From NCBI GenBank assembly GCA_031416075.1, contig JANOSY010000078.1, forward strand, positions 1 to 22,393: a stretch of DNA of 22,393 nucleotides, given 5' to 3'. This document shows, one piece after another, positions 8,043 to 19,426 of this stretch. Each line of letters starts with the position of its first letter. The first letter of the stretch is position 1. The notes under the pieces are model-generated. The model worked only from the letters and a program-made list of their open reading frames with translations, ran no database searches and had not been told where the DNA came from. The DNA comes from Candidatus Tenderia sp. (GTDB taxonomy: Bacteria > Pseudomonadota > Gammaproteobacteria > Tenderiales > Tenderiaceae). The translations under genes and the position numbers were made by a program.

Positions 8043-8359
8043 ATTAAGGCTGAAAAAATATAACCAGAAAGAGACAAGCCACTTTTCATTCCAACCTCAA
8101 CAATCCCACAAATCAACGCCTTGCATCAACAAAACAAAAGAGTAACATCACCCCACCTACAAGCAAACAAAACCCCAGGGCCCCCGCCCGGGCAAGCCTC
8201 GTATTTGCAACAACCCCACTCAATCACAAACGGCAGAAGTGATACAGAGCAGAAACCTACATCTCTAATTCTTCAACACCCTCAATGCAAACGAAATCAA
8301 TCAGCACAGAACAAACCCTTCCTGTAAATAAAGATGCAAAAAGAGTCCTACTATCAGTT

Positions 8360-8387
8360 AAAAAAAAACCGAGCCAAGCCCGGTTTT
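8360..8387 (-). terminator. Intrinsic terminator of the alpha operon
   Basis: Minus strand AAAACCGGGC-TTG-GCTCGG followed by 9 T, 24 nt after the rplQ stop. Confidence 0.85.
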
Positions 8388-8411
8388 CTTAGCAACTCCA
8401 ACAGCCAAAAA

Positions 8412-8789
8412 TCACTCAGCGGTGGAGATCTCCGGACGATCAACCAGCTCAACAATTGCCATAGGGGCATTGTCGCCAGGCCGAAAGCCGCACTTAAGAA
8501 TACGTAAATAACCACCCGGACGCGTTTTATAACGCGGGCCAAGCTCATTAAACAGCTTTCCAACAATCTCTTTGCTACGCAGACGATCGAATGCCAAACG
8601 CCGATTAGCAACACCATCTTCTTTAGCCAAAGTAATCAACGGCTCAGCATGACGACGGAGCTCTTTTGCTTTAGGCAATGTAGTCCTAATAACCTCATGC
8701 TCAAAGAGTGAAGTAGTCATATTCTTAAACATCGCCTTACGGTGGCTGCTGTTGCGACCTAGTTGGCGACCACTTGTGCGGTGACGCAT
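8412..8789 (-). CDS. rplQ: 50S ribosomal protein L17
   Basis: [38 protein letters not shown]. Confidence 0.98.
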   Translation of the reverse strand: MRHRTSGRQLGRNSSHRKAMFKNMTTSLFEHEVIRTTLPKAKELRRHAEPLITLAKEDGVANRRLAFDRLRSKEIVGKLFNELGPRYKTRPGGYLRILKCGFRPGDNAPMAIVELVDRPEISTAE

Positions 8790-8838
8790 TGCTTAATTCC
8801 TTCTGAAAAATTCTACAAATAATACCCGACCAATCTAC

Positions 8839-9837
8839 TTAAGCAGAAGCCTTTTCACCTAGCTTCAAACTTGAAGGCGGCCAGTTTTCAAGTCGCATAC
8901 CCAATGAAAGACCATGGATAGCTAAAATATCCTTGATTTCAGTTAGCGACTTTTTACCCAGATTTGGAGTCTTTAAAAGCTCAACCTCAGTGCGTTGAAT
9001 CAGATCACCAATGTAATAGATGTTCTCCGCTTTCAAGCAGTTAGCAGAACGTACTGTCAATTCCAGATCATCAACCGGACGCAACAAAATAGGATCTATT
9101 TCCGCTTCCTGTGGCACAGAAACTGCCACCTCAGTACTTTCAAGATTCACAAAAATTGAAAGCTGGTCACGCAAAATATTGGCTGCGCGACGAATCGCCT
9201 CTTCAGGATCGATTGAACCATCTGTCTCAAGATCAATAATCAGCTTATCCAAGTCAGTGCGTTTTTCAACACGTGCACGCTCAACAGAATAACCTACACG
9301 CCGAATTGGGCTATACGTCGCATCAAGCTGCAGACTTCCGATAGCACGACTCTCATCACCTATTTCACGAGTATTGGCCGCTTCATATCCACGCCCCATT
9401 GCCACCTTAAGCGTTGCATTTAACTGCCCTGTACTTGTCAGGTTAGCAATCACATGATCAGGGTTCACAATTTCAACGTTATGTGGCAACTGAATATCAC
9501 TCGCCAATACAACTCCCGGACCCTTCTTACTGATGGTCAAAGTTGCTTGGTTACCTTCATGCATCCGAATCGCCAACTCTTTGAGATTAAGCAAAATCTC
9601 AATCACATCCTCATGAACACCTTCAATCGTTGTGTACTCGTGTAGAACACCTTCAATTTCAGCTTCAACAACAGCGGCACCAGGCATAGAAGAGAGCAAA
9701 ATACGGCGCAACGCATTACCAAGCGTGTGACCAAACCCACGCTCAAGCGGTTCTAAAACCACCTTTGCATGCGTGCTGCTGATCTCCTGAATATCCACCA
9801 CACGAGGCTTCAAAAACTCAGTTACTGAGCCCTGCAT
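8839..9837 (-). CDS. rpoA: RNA polymerase subunit alpha
   Basis: [42 protein letters not shown]. Confidence 0.99.
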   Translation of the reverse strand: MQGSVTEFLKPRVVDIQEISSTHAKVVLEPLERGFGHTLGNALRRILLSSMPGAAVVEAEIEGVLHEYTTIEGVHEDVIEILLNLKELAIRMHEGNQATLTISKKGPGVVLASDIQLPHNVEIVNPDHVIANLTSTGQLNATLKVAMGRGYEAANTREIGDESRAIGSLQLDATYSPIRRVGYSVERARVEKRTDLDKLIIDLETDGSIDPEEAIRRAANILRDQLSIFVNLESTEVAVSVPQEAEIDPILLRPVDDLELTVRSANCLKAENIYYIGDLIQRTEVELLKTPNLGKKSLTEIKDILAIHGLSLGMRLENWPPSSLKLGEKASA

Positions 9838-9889
9838 ATAATGTCCTCTTTAAGTCTGAAACCAAATGTCAAGTAAGCCGCATCAGCGC

Positions 9890-10516
9890 TTACTTCGAGT
9901 ACAACTCAACAACTAGATTTTCGTTAATTTCTGCTGGCAGATCACTACGCTCTGGAACAGATTTAAACTTGCCTTCCATCTTAGTTGTATCGACATCAAT
10001 CCAGTCAACAAAACCACGTTGTTTCGCAAAATCCAGAGCGGCCTTAATACGTAACTGCTCATTGGCTTTTGCCGAAACGGCTACCGTATCGTTTGGCTTT
10101 ACTTGATAGCTAGGTATATTTACCTTTTGCCCATTTACGCTAATGCCGTTATGACGCACCAGCTGACGCGCTTCTGTACGCGACGCCGCAAATCCCATGC
10201 GATACACAACATTATCCAAACGGCCCTCAAGCAATTTCAACAGATTTTCACCTGTTGAACCTTTGCGGCGATCAGCCTCTTCATAGTAACTACGAAATTG
10301 GCGCTCGAGAATCCCATAAATACGACGAAGCTTTTGCTTTTCGCGTAACTGAATAGCATAGTCTGTCAGACGTGTACGACGCTGACCGTGTTGCCCAGGA
10401 GCAAAACTACGCTTTTCAATAGCACACTTTGAGGTGTAACATTTTTCGCCCTTCAAAAAGAGCTTTACGCCTTCTCGGCGGCACAACCGACACTTTGAGC
10501 CAATATACCTAGCCAC
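9890..10516 (-). CDS. rpsD: 30S ribosomal protein S4 (four-cysteine form)
   Basis: [38 protein letters not shown]; GTG start. Confidence 0.98.
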   Translation of the reverse strand: MARYIGSKCRLCRREGVKLFLKGEKCYTSKCAIEKRSFAPGQHGQRRTRLTDYAIQLREKQKLRRIYGILERQFRSYYEEADRRKGSTGENLLKLLEGRLDNVVYRMGFAASRTEARQLVRHNGISVNGQKVNIPSYQVKPNDTVAVSAKANEQLRIKAALDFAKQRGFVDWIDVDTTKMEGKFKSVPERSDLPAEINENLVVELYSK

Positions 10517-10531
10517 AATAGTTCTCCAAAA

Positions 10532-10924
10532 CTAAACTCTACGTTTTTTAGGGGGACGACATCCGTTATGAGGAACGGGTGTCACATCCGTGATGCTGTT
10601 AATCTTAAAGCCATTGGCATTTAATGCACGAACAGCCGATTCACGTCCAGGTCCGGGTCCCTTAACCATGACATCCATATTCTTCATACCATACTCTTTA
10701 ACCACGTTACCGGCACGCTCAGCAGCAACCTGCGCTGCGAACGGAGTACTTTTACGAGAACCACGGAAGCCAGAACCACCCGAGGTGGCCCAAGCGAGAG
10801 CATTACCCTGCCGGTCTGTGATCGTGATAATGGTATTGTTGAAGGAAGCGTGGATATGAGCCACACCATCTACAACATTCTTTTTTACGCGCTTACGCGC
10901 AGTACGTTGTGCTGCCTTTGCCAT
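10532..10924 (-). CDS. rpsK: 30S ribosomal protein S11
   Basis: [31 protein letters not shown]. Confidence 0.99.
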   Translation of the reverse strand: MAKAAQRTARKRVKKNVVDGVAHIHASFNNTIITITDRQGNALAWATSGGSGFRGSRKSTPFAAQVAAERAGNVVKEYGMKNMDVMVKGPGPGRESAVRALNANGFKINSITDVTPVPHNGCRPPKKRRV

Positions 10925-10945
10925 AATTACACCAGTAGATTTAGA

Positions 10946-11302
10946 TTATTTCTTAATCGGCTTACGCGGACCCTTGCGGGTCCGGGCATTTGTACGGGTA
11001 CGCTGGCCGCGCAATGGCAGACCACGACGGTGGCGTAAGCCACGATAGCAACCAAGGTCCATCAATCGCTTAATATTCATCGAAATTTCACGGCGTAGAT
11101 CACCTTCAACAGTGAACTTGGCCACTTCAAGACGCAGCATCTCAACTTCAGACTCCTGCAAGTCCTTAATTTTGACGCTTGGTTGAATACCAGCAGCAGC
11201 AAGAATATTGCGCGCACGGGAACGACCAATACCAAAAACCGCTGTCAAAGCGATCTCGGCATGTTTATTCACCGGAATATTAATACCAGCAATACGAGCC
11301 AT
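10946..11302 (-). CDS. rpsM: 30S ribosomal protein S13
   Basis: [26 protein letters not shown]. Start moved to ATG 11302, SD GGAG at 11316-11313. Confidence 0.98.
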   Translation of the reverse strand: MARIAGINIPVNKHAEIALTAVFGIGRSRARNILAAAGIQPSVKIKDLQESEVEMLRLEVAKFTVEGDLRREISMNIKRLMDLGCYRGLRHRRGLPLRGQRTRTNARTRKGPRKPIKK

Positions 11303-11352
11303 CTCAGGCAAACTCCTTTAATCTGGCCGAAGCCGCATCGGAAAAACAGGGG

Positions 11353-11381
11353 ATTCTAGCGCCGAACAAAAACATAATCAA
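11353..11381 (-). promoter_or_regulatory. Sigma70 promoter of the alpha operon (P-alpha)
   Basis: Minus strand TTGATT (11381-11376), 17-nt spacer, TAGAAT (11358-11353), in the rpmJ-rpsM gap where E. coli P-alpha lies. Confidence 0.75.
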
Positions 11382-11415
11382 GCACATATCTGCAATAGAG
11401 ACAAAAAAGCTGGCC

Positions 11416-11529
11416 TTAACCTTGGCGTTGCTTATGACGACCATCCACACAGATGACCCTAACCACACCATCACGCCGCACAACCTTACAGTTACGGCAT
11501 ATTTTCTTGACAGAAGCACGCACCTTCAT
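11416..11529 (-). CDS. rpmJ: 50S ribosomal protein L36 (zinc-ribbon form); absent from the ORF track
   Basis: Hand translation [37 protein letters not shown] (37 aa), SD GGAG upstream. Confidence 0.98.
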   Translation of the reverse strand: MKVRASVKKICRNCKVVRRDGVVRVICVDGRHKQRQG

Positions 11530-11654
11530 CGCCTAAATCTCCAAAACCAAAATCTTAACCATTTAGGGAGAAAACCTCCCCATAAAAGTGGAGCAAAGTA
11601 TACTCCAGCTCACGCCAAACCAAAAGCTATTTCACCTATTGCTACAGATAAAAA

Positions 11655-13010
11655 CTAATGGGTGAGACTGCCACCGCTGCCTTTTAAGTTTGATTTTTTC
11701 ATCAAACCCTCGTACTGATGGGACATCAAATGAGCCTGCAACTGAGCCATAAAATCCATCACCACAACAACAATAATCAACAGGGAGGTACCGCCAAAAT
11801 AGAATGGGACATTCCAATAAACAATCAGAAACTCGGGCAACAAACAGACGGCTGTAATGTAAATAGCACCAACAACTGTCAAGCGAGTCATCACTGTATC
11901 AATGTATTTTGCGGTTTGTTCACCCGGTCTAATCCCGGGGATAAACGCACCCGATTTTTTCAAGTTTTCTGCCGTATCTTTTGGATTAAACTGCAATGCC
12001 GTATAAAAAAAGCAAAAGAAAATTATAGCCAATGCATACAGAATCACGTAAATAGGCTGCCCTGGAGAGAGCACCGCCGCGACATCCTGCAGCCACGACA
12101 AACTCTCACTTCCAGAACCAAACATACCAGCAACCGTTGCCGGAAACAGTATGATACTTGAAGCAAATATCGGGGGAATAACGCCCGCCATATTAACCTT
12201 AAGAGGCAAATGACTCGTCTGCCCACCATACACCTTACGCCCTTGCTGTCGTTTAGCATAATTGACAGTAATACGACGCTGGCCTCGCTCAACAAATATA
12301 ACAAACCAAGTAACCGCCACTGCAAGCACAAGAAAAAACAGTATCATAAATACACTTAATTCACCGGTACTACCCAACTCAAGTGTGCCGCCAATTGCAC
12401 TGGGTAAACCCGCCACAATACCTGCGAAAATAATAATGGAAATGCCATTACCAATGCCACGCTCGGTAACCTGTTCACCTAACCACATGAGAAACATTGT
12501 ACCCGCAACCAACGTGGCCATTGCGGTAAAAACGAACCCAAGCCCTGGCTCTATTACCACAGGAAGCCCACCAAACTGCTGGTTCTGCAGCGCGTAAGCA
12601 ACCCCTCCAGCCTGGATAGTGGCCAACACAACCGTGCCATAGCGCGTATATTGACTGATTTTCCGCCTACCAGCCTCACCCTCTTTTTTCAATTGCTCTA
12701 ACTGAGGCACCACCGATGTTAGCAGCTGCACAATGATGGAGGCCGAAATATAAGGCATAATTCCGATAGCAAAGACTGTAAACCGCGACAAAGCACCACC
12801 GGAAAACATGTTAAACATGTCAATAATTGTGCCACGCTGCTGATTAAACAGCTCCGCCAATGCTACAGGATCAACCCCCGGCACTGGGATATGGGCACCA
12901 ATGCGAAAAACTATCAATGCCCCCAGAACAAAAAACAACCGACGTTTTAATTCAGTAAAACGCCCAGCCGCAGCCAAGCTGCCAATTTGTCCCGCTTTAG
13001 ATGAGGCCAC
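11655..13010 (-). CDS. secY: Preprotein translocase subunit SecY
   Basis: [48 protein letters not shown]; GTG start. Confidence 0.99.
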   Translation of the reverse strand: MASSKAGQIGSLAAAGRFTELKRRLFFVLGALIVFRIGAHIPVPGVDPVALAELFNQQRGTIIDMFNMFSGGALSRFTVFAIGIMPYISASIIVQLLTSVVPQLEQLKKEGEAGRRKISQYTRYGTVVLATIQAGGVAYALQNQQFGGLPVVIEPGLGFVFTAMATLVAGTMFLMWLGEQVTERGIGNGISIIIFAGIVAGLPSAIGGTLELGSTGELSVFMILFFLVLAVAVTWFVIFVERGQRRITVNYAKRQQGRKVYGGQTSHLPLKVNMAGVIPPIFASSIILFPATVAGMFGSGSESLSWLQDVAAVLSPGQPIYVILYALAIIFFCFFYTALQFNPKDTAENLKKSGAFIPGIRPGEQTAKYIDTVMTRLTVVGAIYITAVCLLPEFLIVYWNVPFYFGGTSLLIIVVVVMDFMAQLQAHLMSHQYEGLMKKSNLKGSGGSLTH

Positions 13011-13445
13011 TTAAAGTTCGACCTTTCCACCAGCAGCTTCAATCGCCGCACGTGCGCCCTTGGTAGCACCCACACCACGCAACGTAACAGGGCGGTCAAT
13101 AACACCTGATACTATTAATTTAACACGCACTACACTTTCACCAACAACATTGGCCGCTTTCAAAGAGAGCAAATCAACCACATCACCTTCAACTTTTGCC
13201 AACTCACTCAAACGAACTTCTGCTGTTTTACGTCCAATGCGCGAAGTAAAGCCAATCTTCGGAAGGCGACGGTGCAGAGGCATCTGTCCACCTTCGAAAC
13301 CAATCCTATGAAAACCACCAGAACGAGAAGACTGACCTTTATGTCCACGGCCACAAGTCTTGCCTAGGCCAGAACCAATGCCTCGACCAACCCGCTTGGC
13401 AACAAATTTGGCACCTAAAGCAGGCTTAAGAGTATTTAAACGCAT
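13011..13445 (-). CDS. rplO: 50S ribosomal protein L15
   Basis: [30 protein letters not shown]; ATG 13445. Confidence 0.98.
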   Translation of the reverse strand: MRLNTLKPALGAKFVAKRVGRGIGSGLGKTCGRGHKGQSSRSGGFHRIGFEGGQMPLHRRLPKIGFTSRIGRKTAEVRLSELAKVEGDVVDLLSLKAANVVGESVVRVKLIVSGVIDRPVTLRGVGATKGARAAIEAAGGKVEL

Positions 13446-13447
13446 TT

Positions 13448-13636
13448 TCAAATTTCCTCTGCCTTAACCATATAACTGACCTTATTGATCATACCCCTTA
13501 CACATGCTGAGTCTTCAACTTCAACAGAGTGACGAATACGACGCAGCCCCAAGCCTATCACGCAGGCCTTATGTGCCGCCAAACGGCCATTTGTGCTACG
13601 CACCAAGGTTACTTTTAACATTTTATTTGCTGACAT
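13448..13636 (-). CDS. rpmD: 50S ribosomal protein L30
   Basis: [21 protein letters not shown]. Confidence 0.97.
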   Translation of the reverse strand: MSANKMLKVTLVRSTNGRLAAHKACVIGLGLRRIRHSVEVEDSACVRGMINKVSYMVKAEEI

Positions 13637-13639
13637 GAC

Positions 13640-14149
13640 TTAACCCAGAATCTCTTCAACTTTTTTACCGCGTTTGGCCGCCACCGTTTCGGGGCTTGCC
13701 ATTCCCCCCAATCCTCTGATTGTAGCGCGAACCACATTAATGGGATTACTTGAGCCAATACATTTCGCAGTAACATTATGCACGCCAACAACATTAAAGA
13801 CTGCACGCATAGCACCACCAGCAATAATACCCGTACCTTCAGATGCGGGTTGCATGTATACCTTTGCCGCGCCATGCTCAGCAGTAACAGGGTGCTGCAA
13901 CGTGCCCTGCTTCAAATCTATCTTGATCATATTCTTACGGGCATTATCCATGGCCTTCTGAATAGCAGCAGGCACTTCACGAGCCTTACCACGTCCGAAT
14001 CCTACGCGGCCATTGCCATCGCCAACGACAGTCAATGCAGAAAAACCAAAAATCCGACCCCCCTTAACAACCTTGGCCACGCGGCGCACAGAAACCAGTT
14101 TCTCTTGCAGGCCGTCGCCATTGCTCGCTGCTGCTTCAAAATTTGCCAT
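13640..14149 (-). CDS. rpsE: 30S ribosomal protein S5
   Basis: [25 protein letters not shown]. Confidence 0.99.
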   Translation of the reverse strand: MANFEAAASNGDGLQEKLVSVRRVAKVVKGGRIFGFSALTVVGDGNGRVGFGRGKAREVPAAIQKAMDNARKNMIKIDLKQGTLQHPVTAEHGAAKVYMQPASEGTGIIAGGAMRAVFNVVGVHNVTAKCIGSSNPINVVRATIRGLGGMASPETVAAKRGKKVEEILG

Positions 14150-14160
14150 TGCAACTTCCT

Positions 14161-14514
14161 TTAGAATTCAAGACCATTTTCACGCGCCGCATCGGCCAAT
14201 GCCTTAATGCGACCATGATATCTGAAACCAGAACGATCAAACGCAACCTTGGTAACACCTGCCACTTTAGCGCGTTCAGAAACAATGCGGCCAACCACTT
14301 TTGCTGCATCAGAGTTGCCACTGTTCGCCGCTTCTTTTTTAACATCCGCATCAAGTGTAGATGCACTAGCCAGCACCACATCGCCGCTAGGACTAATCAC
14401 CTGTGCATAGATATGCCTAGGCGTACGATGCACTGCTAACCGGTAAGCACCTAGCTCGCGAATCTTAGCACGGGCCCGGCGAGCACGACGTAAACGATTT
14501 GTTTTCTTATCCAT
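14161..14514 (-). CDS. rplR: 50S ribosomal protein L18
   Basis: [26 protein letters not shown]; likely start ATG 14514. Confidence 0.97.
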   Translation of the reverse strand: MDKKTNRLRRARRARAKIRELGAYRLAVHRTPRHIYAQVISPSGDVVLASASTLDADVKKEAANSGNSDAAKVVGRIVSERAKVAGVTKVAFDRSGFRYHGRIKALADAARENGLEF

Positions 14515-14532
14515 AGCCATATCCAAATAAAA

Positions 14533-15069
14533 TTATTTCTTCTTGGCCTCTTTACGGACCACAACTTCATCAGAATAACGAACACCCTTACCTTTATAAG
14601 GCTCTGGTGGACGATATGCCCGAATCTCCGCAGCCACTTGGCCTACCTTCTGCTTGTCCGCGCCCTTAACAACAATTTCTGTCTGGCTTGGAGTCTCGAT
14701 GGTAATTCCTTCAGGCATTTCATAGTTAACCGGATGAGAAAACCCTAATGTCAAGTTCAGCGCCCTGCCCTGTACTTGCGCGCGGTATCCAACGCCGATC
14801 AACTGCAATTTCCGCTCAAAGCCTTCGCTGACACCTTTAACAAGGTTGTTCACCACAGCACGCGCAGTACCTGCATGAGCCCAAGCAAGCTTCTCGTCAT
14901 TGCGAACACCAACGGTAATTTCTTTGCCATCAGTGCACGCCATATCCACAAACGAATGAATATTATGCTGCATCTGGCCTTTTGAGCCTTTAACAGTTAC
15001 CAGCTGCCCATTTATCTTAACTTCTACGCCAGCTGGTATTGAAATAGGTTTTTTGGCAACTCTAGACAT
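14533..15069 (-). CDS. rplF: 50S ribosomal protein L6
   Basis: [27 protein letters not shown]. Confidence 0.99.
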   Translation of the reverse strand: MSRVAKKPISIPAGVEVKINGQLVTVKGSKGQMQHNIHSFVDMACTDGKEITVGVRNDEKLAWAHAGTARAVVNNLVKGVSEGFERKLQLIGVGYRAQVQGRALNLTLGFSHPVNYEMPEGITIETPSQTEIVVKGADKQKVGQVAAEIRAYRPPEPYKGKGVRYSDEVVVRKEAKKK

Positions 15070-15082
15070 TGCTTACCACCAC

Positions 15083-15478
15083 TTAAGAAACGTAACAAAG
15101 CACTTCACCACCAACCCCTGCCGAACGGGCAGCACGGTCAGTCATGATACCAGCTGGTGTAGAGATAATAGCTATCCCAAGACCAGCATCCACTTTTGGC
15201 AATTCGTCATTCTGCTTATACATACGCAAACCTGGACGGCTAGCACGTTTGATACGCAGAATAACAGGCTTGCCTTCATAATACTTCAGCTCAACCGCCA
15301 AGGTGGGCTTTCCACCATTCGGCTCAACCGTATAACCCGTGATATAACCTTCATTTTTCAGCACGTCAGCAATAGCAACTTTCAACTTAGACGAAGGCAT
15401 CAATACTTGGGCTTTATCAGCTGTCTGACCATTGCGAATACGCGTCAACATGTCAGCAATTGGATCGGTCATGCTCAT
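15083..15478 (-). CDS. rpsH: 30S ribosomal protein S8
   Basis: [26 protein letters not shown]. Confidence 0.99.
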   Translation of the reverse strand: MSMTDPIADMLTRIRNGQTADKAQVLMPSSKLKVAIADVLKNEGYITGYTVEPNGGKPTLAVELKYYEGKPVILRIKRASRPGLRMYKQNDELPKVDAGLGIAIISTPAGIMTDRAARSAGVGGEVLCYVS

Positions 15479-15555
15479 TTACAGTTTACTCCAACTAATT
15501 CTTTATTAGCTCAGACCCTGACATCATCTCACCAAGATCTCACTGAATGTTTGTA

Positions 15556-15861
15556 TTACCAGCTCGCTTTAACCAAGCCAGGAATATCACCCCTCATCGC
15601 CGCTTCACGCAACTTGTTACGACCCAGTCCAAATTTGCGATAAACACCATGCGGGCGACCAGTAAGACTACAACGATTCCTCATGCGACAAGGGCTGGCA
15701 TTGCGTGGCAACGCATGAAATTTACGTTGTGCATCATCACGTTCTTCCATGCTTAAGCTCTGATCCATCATCCTGCTTTTCAGATCTGCACGCTTAAGTG
15801 CAAATTTCTTAACAACCTGAAGGCGTTTGATTTCCCGATTTACCATGCACTTTTTTGCCAT
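15556..15861 (-). CDS. rpsN: 30S ribosomal protein S14 (101-aa zinc-free form)
   Basis: [18 protein letters not shown]. Confidence 0.98.
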   Translation of the reverse strand: MAKKCMVNREIKRLQVVKKFALKRADLKSRMMDQSLSMEERDDAQRKFHALPRNASPCRMRNRCSLTGRPHGVYRKFGLGRNKLREAAMRGDIPGLVKASW

Positions 15862-15873
15862 ACTCTTTAGACC

Positions 15874-16413
15874 TTAATTCTTAAATGGGAAGTTAAAAGC
15901 CGCCAATAGTGCACGTGCTTCTTTATCAGTCTTGGCGCTAGTGGTGATAGTAATATCCATGCCACGCAAAACGTCGATTTTATCATACTCAATTTCCGGA
16001 AACATTATTTGCTCCTGAACACCCATACTATAGTTCCCACGGCCATCAAACGATTTCCCGCTAATTCCGCGAAAATCACGAATACGAGGGATCGCAATAT
16101 TAATTAAGCGATCAAGAAACTCGTACATCTGAGCACGACGCAAAGTAACCATGCAGCCGACAGGCCAACCATCGCGAATTTTAAAACCAGCGATCGATTT
16201 ACGAGAAAGAGTGACAACCGGTTTCTGACCAGCAATTTTCTCCATGTCGCCCACAGCAAACTGCACGATTTTCTTATCTGCAACTGCTTCACCAAGCCCC
16301 ATATTCAAAGTGACCTTGGTAATCTTGGGTACTTCCATAATACTACCGTAATTAAACTGCTCTATCAGCTGTTTAACAACCGTATCTTTGTAATAATCTG
16401 CCAATCTAGCCAT
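15874..16413 (-). CDS. rplE: 50S ribosomal protein L5
   Basis: [26 protein letters not shown]; ATG 16413. Confidence 0.98.
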   Translation of the reverse strand: MARLADYYKDTVVKQLIEQFNYGSIMEVPKITKVTLNMGLGEAVADKKIVQFAVGDMEKIAGQKPVVTLSRKSIAGFKIRDGWPVGCMVTLRRAQMYEFLDRLINIAIPRIRDFRGISGKSFDGRGNYSMGVQEQIMFPEIEYDKIDVLRGMDITITTSAKTDKEARALLAAFNFPFKN

Positions 16414-16433
16414 AGCTGCCAAACCTTAAAGTA

Positions 16434-16751
16434 TTAAATATCAACAACTTCGTTATTTGATTTGAAGAAGCGCACTTTGCGACCATCTTCAAGAACACGA
16501 AATCCAACGCGATCCGCTTTTTTGGTCGCCGTATTAAAAATCGCGATATTGGAAACATCAATTGAGCTTTCTTTCTCAATTATGCCACCAGCAATACCAC
16601 GCTGCGGATTAGGCTTAGTGTGTCGCTTGACAATATTAACGTTTTCAATAACCACGCGGTTATCAGAGCCGACGCGCAACACAGTTCCACGCTTGCCCTT
16701 ATCTTTACCCGCGATGACGATGATATCATCGCCTTTTTTGATCTTACGCAT
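16434..16751 (-). CDS. rplX: 50S ribosomal protein L24
   Basis: [18 protein letters not shown] (KOW motif). Confidence 0.98.
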   Translation of the reverse strand: MRKIKKGDDIIVIAGKDKGKRGTVLRVGSDNRVVIENVNIVKRHTKPNPQRGIAGGIIEKESSIDVSNIAIFNTATKKADRVGFRVLEDGRKVRFFKSNNEVVDI

Positions 16752-16786
16752 TTTTCTAAACCCTAACCTTGATCCGCATTAATTCT

Positions 16787-17155
16787 TTACAGTACTTCAG
16801 GTGCCAATGAGACAATTTTCATAAACTGCCCACTACGTAACTCACGGGTCACTGGTCCAAAAATACGAGTTCCAATAGGCTCCAGCTTATTATTCAAAAG
16901 AACAGCTGCATTACCATCAAAACGTATCAATGAACCATCAGAACGGCGCACACCCTTGCGAGTACGCACAACAACAGCATTGTACACCTCACCTTTCTTC
17001 ACTTTACCGCGAGGAATTGCTTCCTTAATACTTACCTTAATGATATCACCAATTCCAGCATAACGACGATGAGAACCACCCAGCACTTTAATGCACTGAA
17101 TACGTCGGGCACCGCTATTATCGGCCACATCCAAATTAGACTGCATTTGAATCAT
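16787..17155 (-). CDS. rplN: 50S ribosomal protein L14
   Basis: [22 protein letters not shown]. Confidence 0.99.
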   Translation of the reverse strand: MIQMQSNLDVADNSGARRIQCIKVLGGSHRRYAGIGDIIKVSIKEAIPRGKVKKGEVYNAVVVRTRKGVRRSDGSLIRFDGNAAVLLNNKLEPIGTRIFGPVTRELRSGQFMKIVSLAPEVL

Positions 17156-17196
17156 GTTATGTCTCCGCTAAATCTTTAAGCGTATATGCGCTTGAT

Positions 17197-17463
17197 TTAA
17201 ACAACTGAATTTTGCTCGTCAACTCGAACCAACCGCCATGATTTACTTTTAGACAAAGGCCGACACTGAGCTATTGTTACCAGATCACCTTCATTGCACT
17301 CATTACGTTCATCATGAGCGTGATACTTCGTTGAACGCTTAATAAACTTATTGTACACGGGGTGTTGAACACGACGCTCAACCAGCACAGTAACGGTTTT
17401 ATCCATCTTACTGCTGATAACGCGACCAGTGATTTCGCGCGCCACACTGTTCTGTTCACTCAT
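17197..17463 (-). CDS. rpsQ: 30S ribosomal protein S17
   Basis: [22 protein letters not shown]. Confidence 0.98.
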   Translation of the reverse strand: MSEQNSVAREITGRVISSKMDKTVTVLVERRVQHPVYNKFIKRSTKYHAHDERNECNEGDLVTIAQCRPLSKSKSWRLVRVDEQNSVV

Positions 17464-17465
17464 GA

Positions 17466-17657
17466 TTAATTACCTGCTTTCTGGCTGATAATGGTTTTAA
17501 TTCGCGCAATACTGCGGCGGTTCAATCTGACCTGATGAGACAGTGTTAGCTGCCCCGTTGCTTTTTGCATACGCAGGTTAAAACCTTCACGCAACAGACT
17601 ATCAAGCTCACTACTCAGCTCATCCACCGTTTTGGCTTTTAATTCGCTCGCATTCAT
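17466..17657 (-). CDS. rpmC: 50S ribosomal protein L29
   Basis: [21 protein letters not shown]. Confidence 0.97.
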   Translation of the reverse strand: MNASELKAKTVDELSSELDSLLREGFNLRMQKATGQLTLSHQVRLNRRSIARIKTIISQKAGN

Positions 17658-18070
17658 TACATCACCATCCGGGATACAAATGTGGTCCTAACAGGCAGCT
17701 TAGCTGCAGCCAAGGTAAACGCTTCTCGGGCAATCTCTTCTGAAACACCTTCCATTTCATAGAGCATACGGCCTGGTTGGATCTCGGCCACCCAAAACTC
17801 GACATTACCCTTACCTTTACCCATACGAACCTCTAAAGGCTTGCTGGTTATTGGCTTATCCGGAAAAACACGGATCCATATACGACCACCACGTTTAATA
17901 TGACGAGTCATGGCGCGACGTGCAGCTTCAATCTGGCGGGCAGTGAGACGCCCGCGGGTCGTCGCTTTCAAACCAAATTCACCAAAGCTGACCGCATTAC
18001 CGCGCAACGCAAGGCCACAGTTACGGCCCTTATGCATTTTGCGGAATTTCGTTTTTTTAGGTTGCAGCAT
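17657..18070 (-). CDS. rplP: 50S ribosomal protein L16
   Basis: [25 protein letters not shown]. Confidence 0.99.
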   Translation of the reverse strand: MLQPKKTKFRKMHKGRNCGLALRGNAVSFGEFGLKATTRGRLTARQIEAARRAMTRHIKRGGRIWIRVFPDKPITSKPLEVRMGKGKGNVEFWVAEIQPGRMLYEMEGVSEEIAREAFTLAAAKLPVRTTFVSRMVM

Positions 18071-18084
18071 TTTACTCTATCCTA

Positions 18085-18765
18085 TTACTTTGCAGCGGCT
18101 TTTTCTTGAGCTTCAATGGCTTCCATACCACCTATAACCTCACCCTTACAGAGCCAGACCTTGACTCCGATTACGCCAGAAGGGGTATGGGCCTCAGCCG
18201 TGCCATAATCAATATCCGCACGTAAGGTATGGAGCGGAACACGCCCCTCACGGTACCACTCAGTACGCGCAATTTCAGCACCATTCAAACGTCCTGAAAC
18301 TTGAATTTTTATACCTTCGCCTCCCAAGCGCATTGCGTTTGTAACGGCACGTTTCATTGCACGACGAAACATTATACGACGCTCAAGTTGCTGAGCCACA
18401 CTTTGGGCGACCAACGTCGCATCAAGCTCTGGCTTCCGTATCTCTTCAACACTTACGTGGACAGAGGCAACCGGCAACAACATAATTTTGGCAATCTTTT
18501 GGCGAAGTTTTTCAATGTCTTCACCCTTTTTGCCAATCACTATACCTGGGCGCGCAGTATGAATCGTAACTCTTGCATTTCTTGCGGGCCGCTCAATTTG
18601 AATCCGGCTAATTGACGCCTGAGCCAGCTCCTTCTGCAGAAATTCGCGAACCTTCAAATCCGCATAAAGAAAAGCGCTAAACTCTTTATTCCCCGCGTAC
18701 CATTTAGAGGTCCAATCTTTGACGATCCCGAGGCGTATCCCCGTTGGATGAACTTTCTGACCCAT
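18085..18765 (-). CDS. rpsC: 30S ribosomal protein S3
   Basis: [29 protein letters not shown]. Confidence 0.99.
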   Translation of the reverse strand: MGQKVHPTGIRLGIVKDWTSKWYAGNKEFSAFLYADLKVREFLQKELAQASISRIQIERPARNARVTIHTARPGIVIGKKGEDIEKLRQKIAKIMLLPVASVHVSVEEIRKPELDATLVAQSVAQQLERRIMFRRAMKRAVTNAMRLGGEGIKIQVSGRLNGAEIARTEWYREGRVPLHTLRADIDYGTAEAHTPSGVIGVKVWLCKGEVIGGMEAIEAQEKAAAK

Positions 18766-18776
18766 CTCTGCCTCTC

Positions 18777-19109
18777 TTACTTCCCGGCCACGGCCACAAC
18801 AATGTGGCTGGTCCGCTTCAAAATTCGATTTGCACGACCTTTAGCACGCGCTTGAATGCGCTTTTGCGTAGGTCCCTCATCAACAAATATTGTTGATACT
18901 TTCAACTCATCAATATCAGCACCGTCGTTATGCTCAGCGTTAGCAATAGCAGACTCCAATACCTTCTTGATAATAGCGGCACCTTTTTTGCCGCTAAACT
19001 GCAGCAATTGCAGGGCAGGCTCAACCTTCATACCCCGTATCTGATCCGCAACCAGACGCGCCTTTTGAGGCGAAATCCGGGCGTATCTTAATGATGCTGT
19101 GGTTCCCAT
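18777..19109 (-). CDS. rplV: 50S ribosomal protein L22
   Basis: [22 protein letters not shown]...KRTSHI. Confidence 0.99.
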   Translation of the reverse strand: MGTTASLRYARISPQKARLVADQIRGMKVEPALQLLQFSGKKGAAIIKKVLESAIANAEHNDGADIDELKVSTIFVDEGPTQKRIQARAKGRANRILKRTSHIVVAVAGK

Positions 19110-19122
19110 CGCTCAGACTCCG

Positions 19123-19395
19123 TTACTTTGACTTTTTATCTGCAACATGACCTTTATAAGTACGGGTCGCCGCAAATTCACCCAGCTTATGACCAACCAT
19201 ATTTTCATTGATTAGCACAGGCACATGCTGCCGCCCGTTATGTATAGCAATAGTCAACCCTACCATCTGAGGAATAACCATTGAGCGTCGCGACCAAGTT
19301 TTGATCGGACGACGATCATTCTTGTCTGCAGCTTCTTCCACCTTTTTTAAGAGATGGGCATCGATAAATGGACCTTTTTTGACTGAACGTGGCAC
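19123..19395 (-). CDS. rpsS: 30S ribosomal protein S19
   Basis: [22 protein letters not shown]; GTG start. Confidence 0.99.
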   Translation of the reverse strand: MPRSVKKGPFIDAHLLKKVEEAADKNDRRPIKTWSRRSMVIPQMVGLTIAIHNGRQHVPVLINENMVGHKLGEFAATRTYKGHVADKKSK

Positions 19396-19426
19396 GTTTC
19401 TAGTCCTCTAGCTTTCTTAAAGTTGA

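Noticed and set aside
16390-16433. E. coli-type S8 binding hairpin at the rplE start
   Set aside because: Outer UUUG/CAAA ends match, but I could not form the central helix convincingly by eye.
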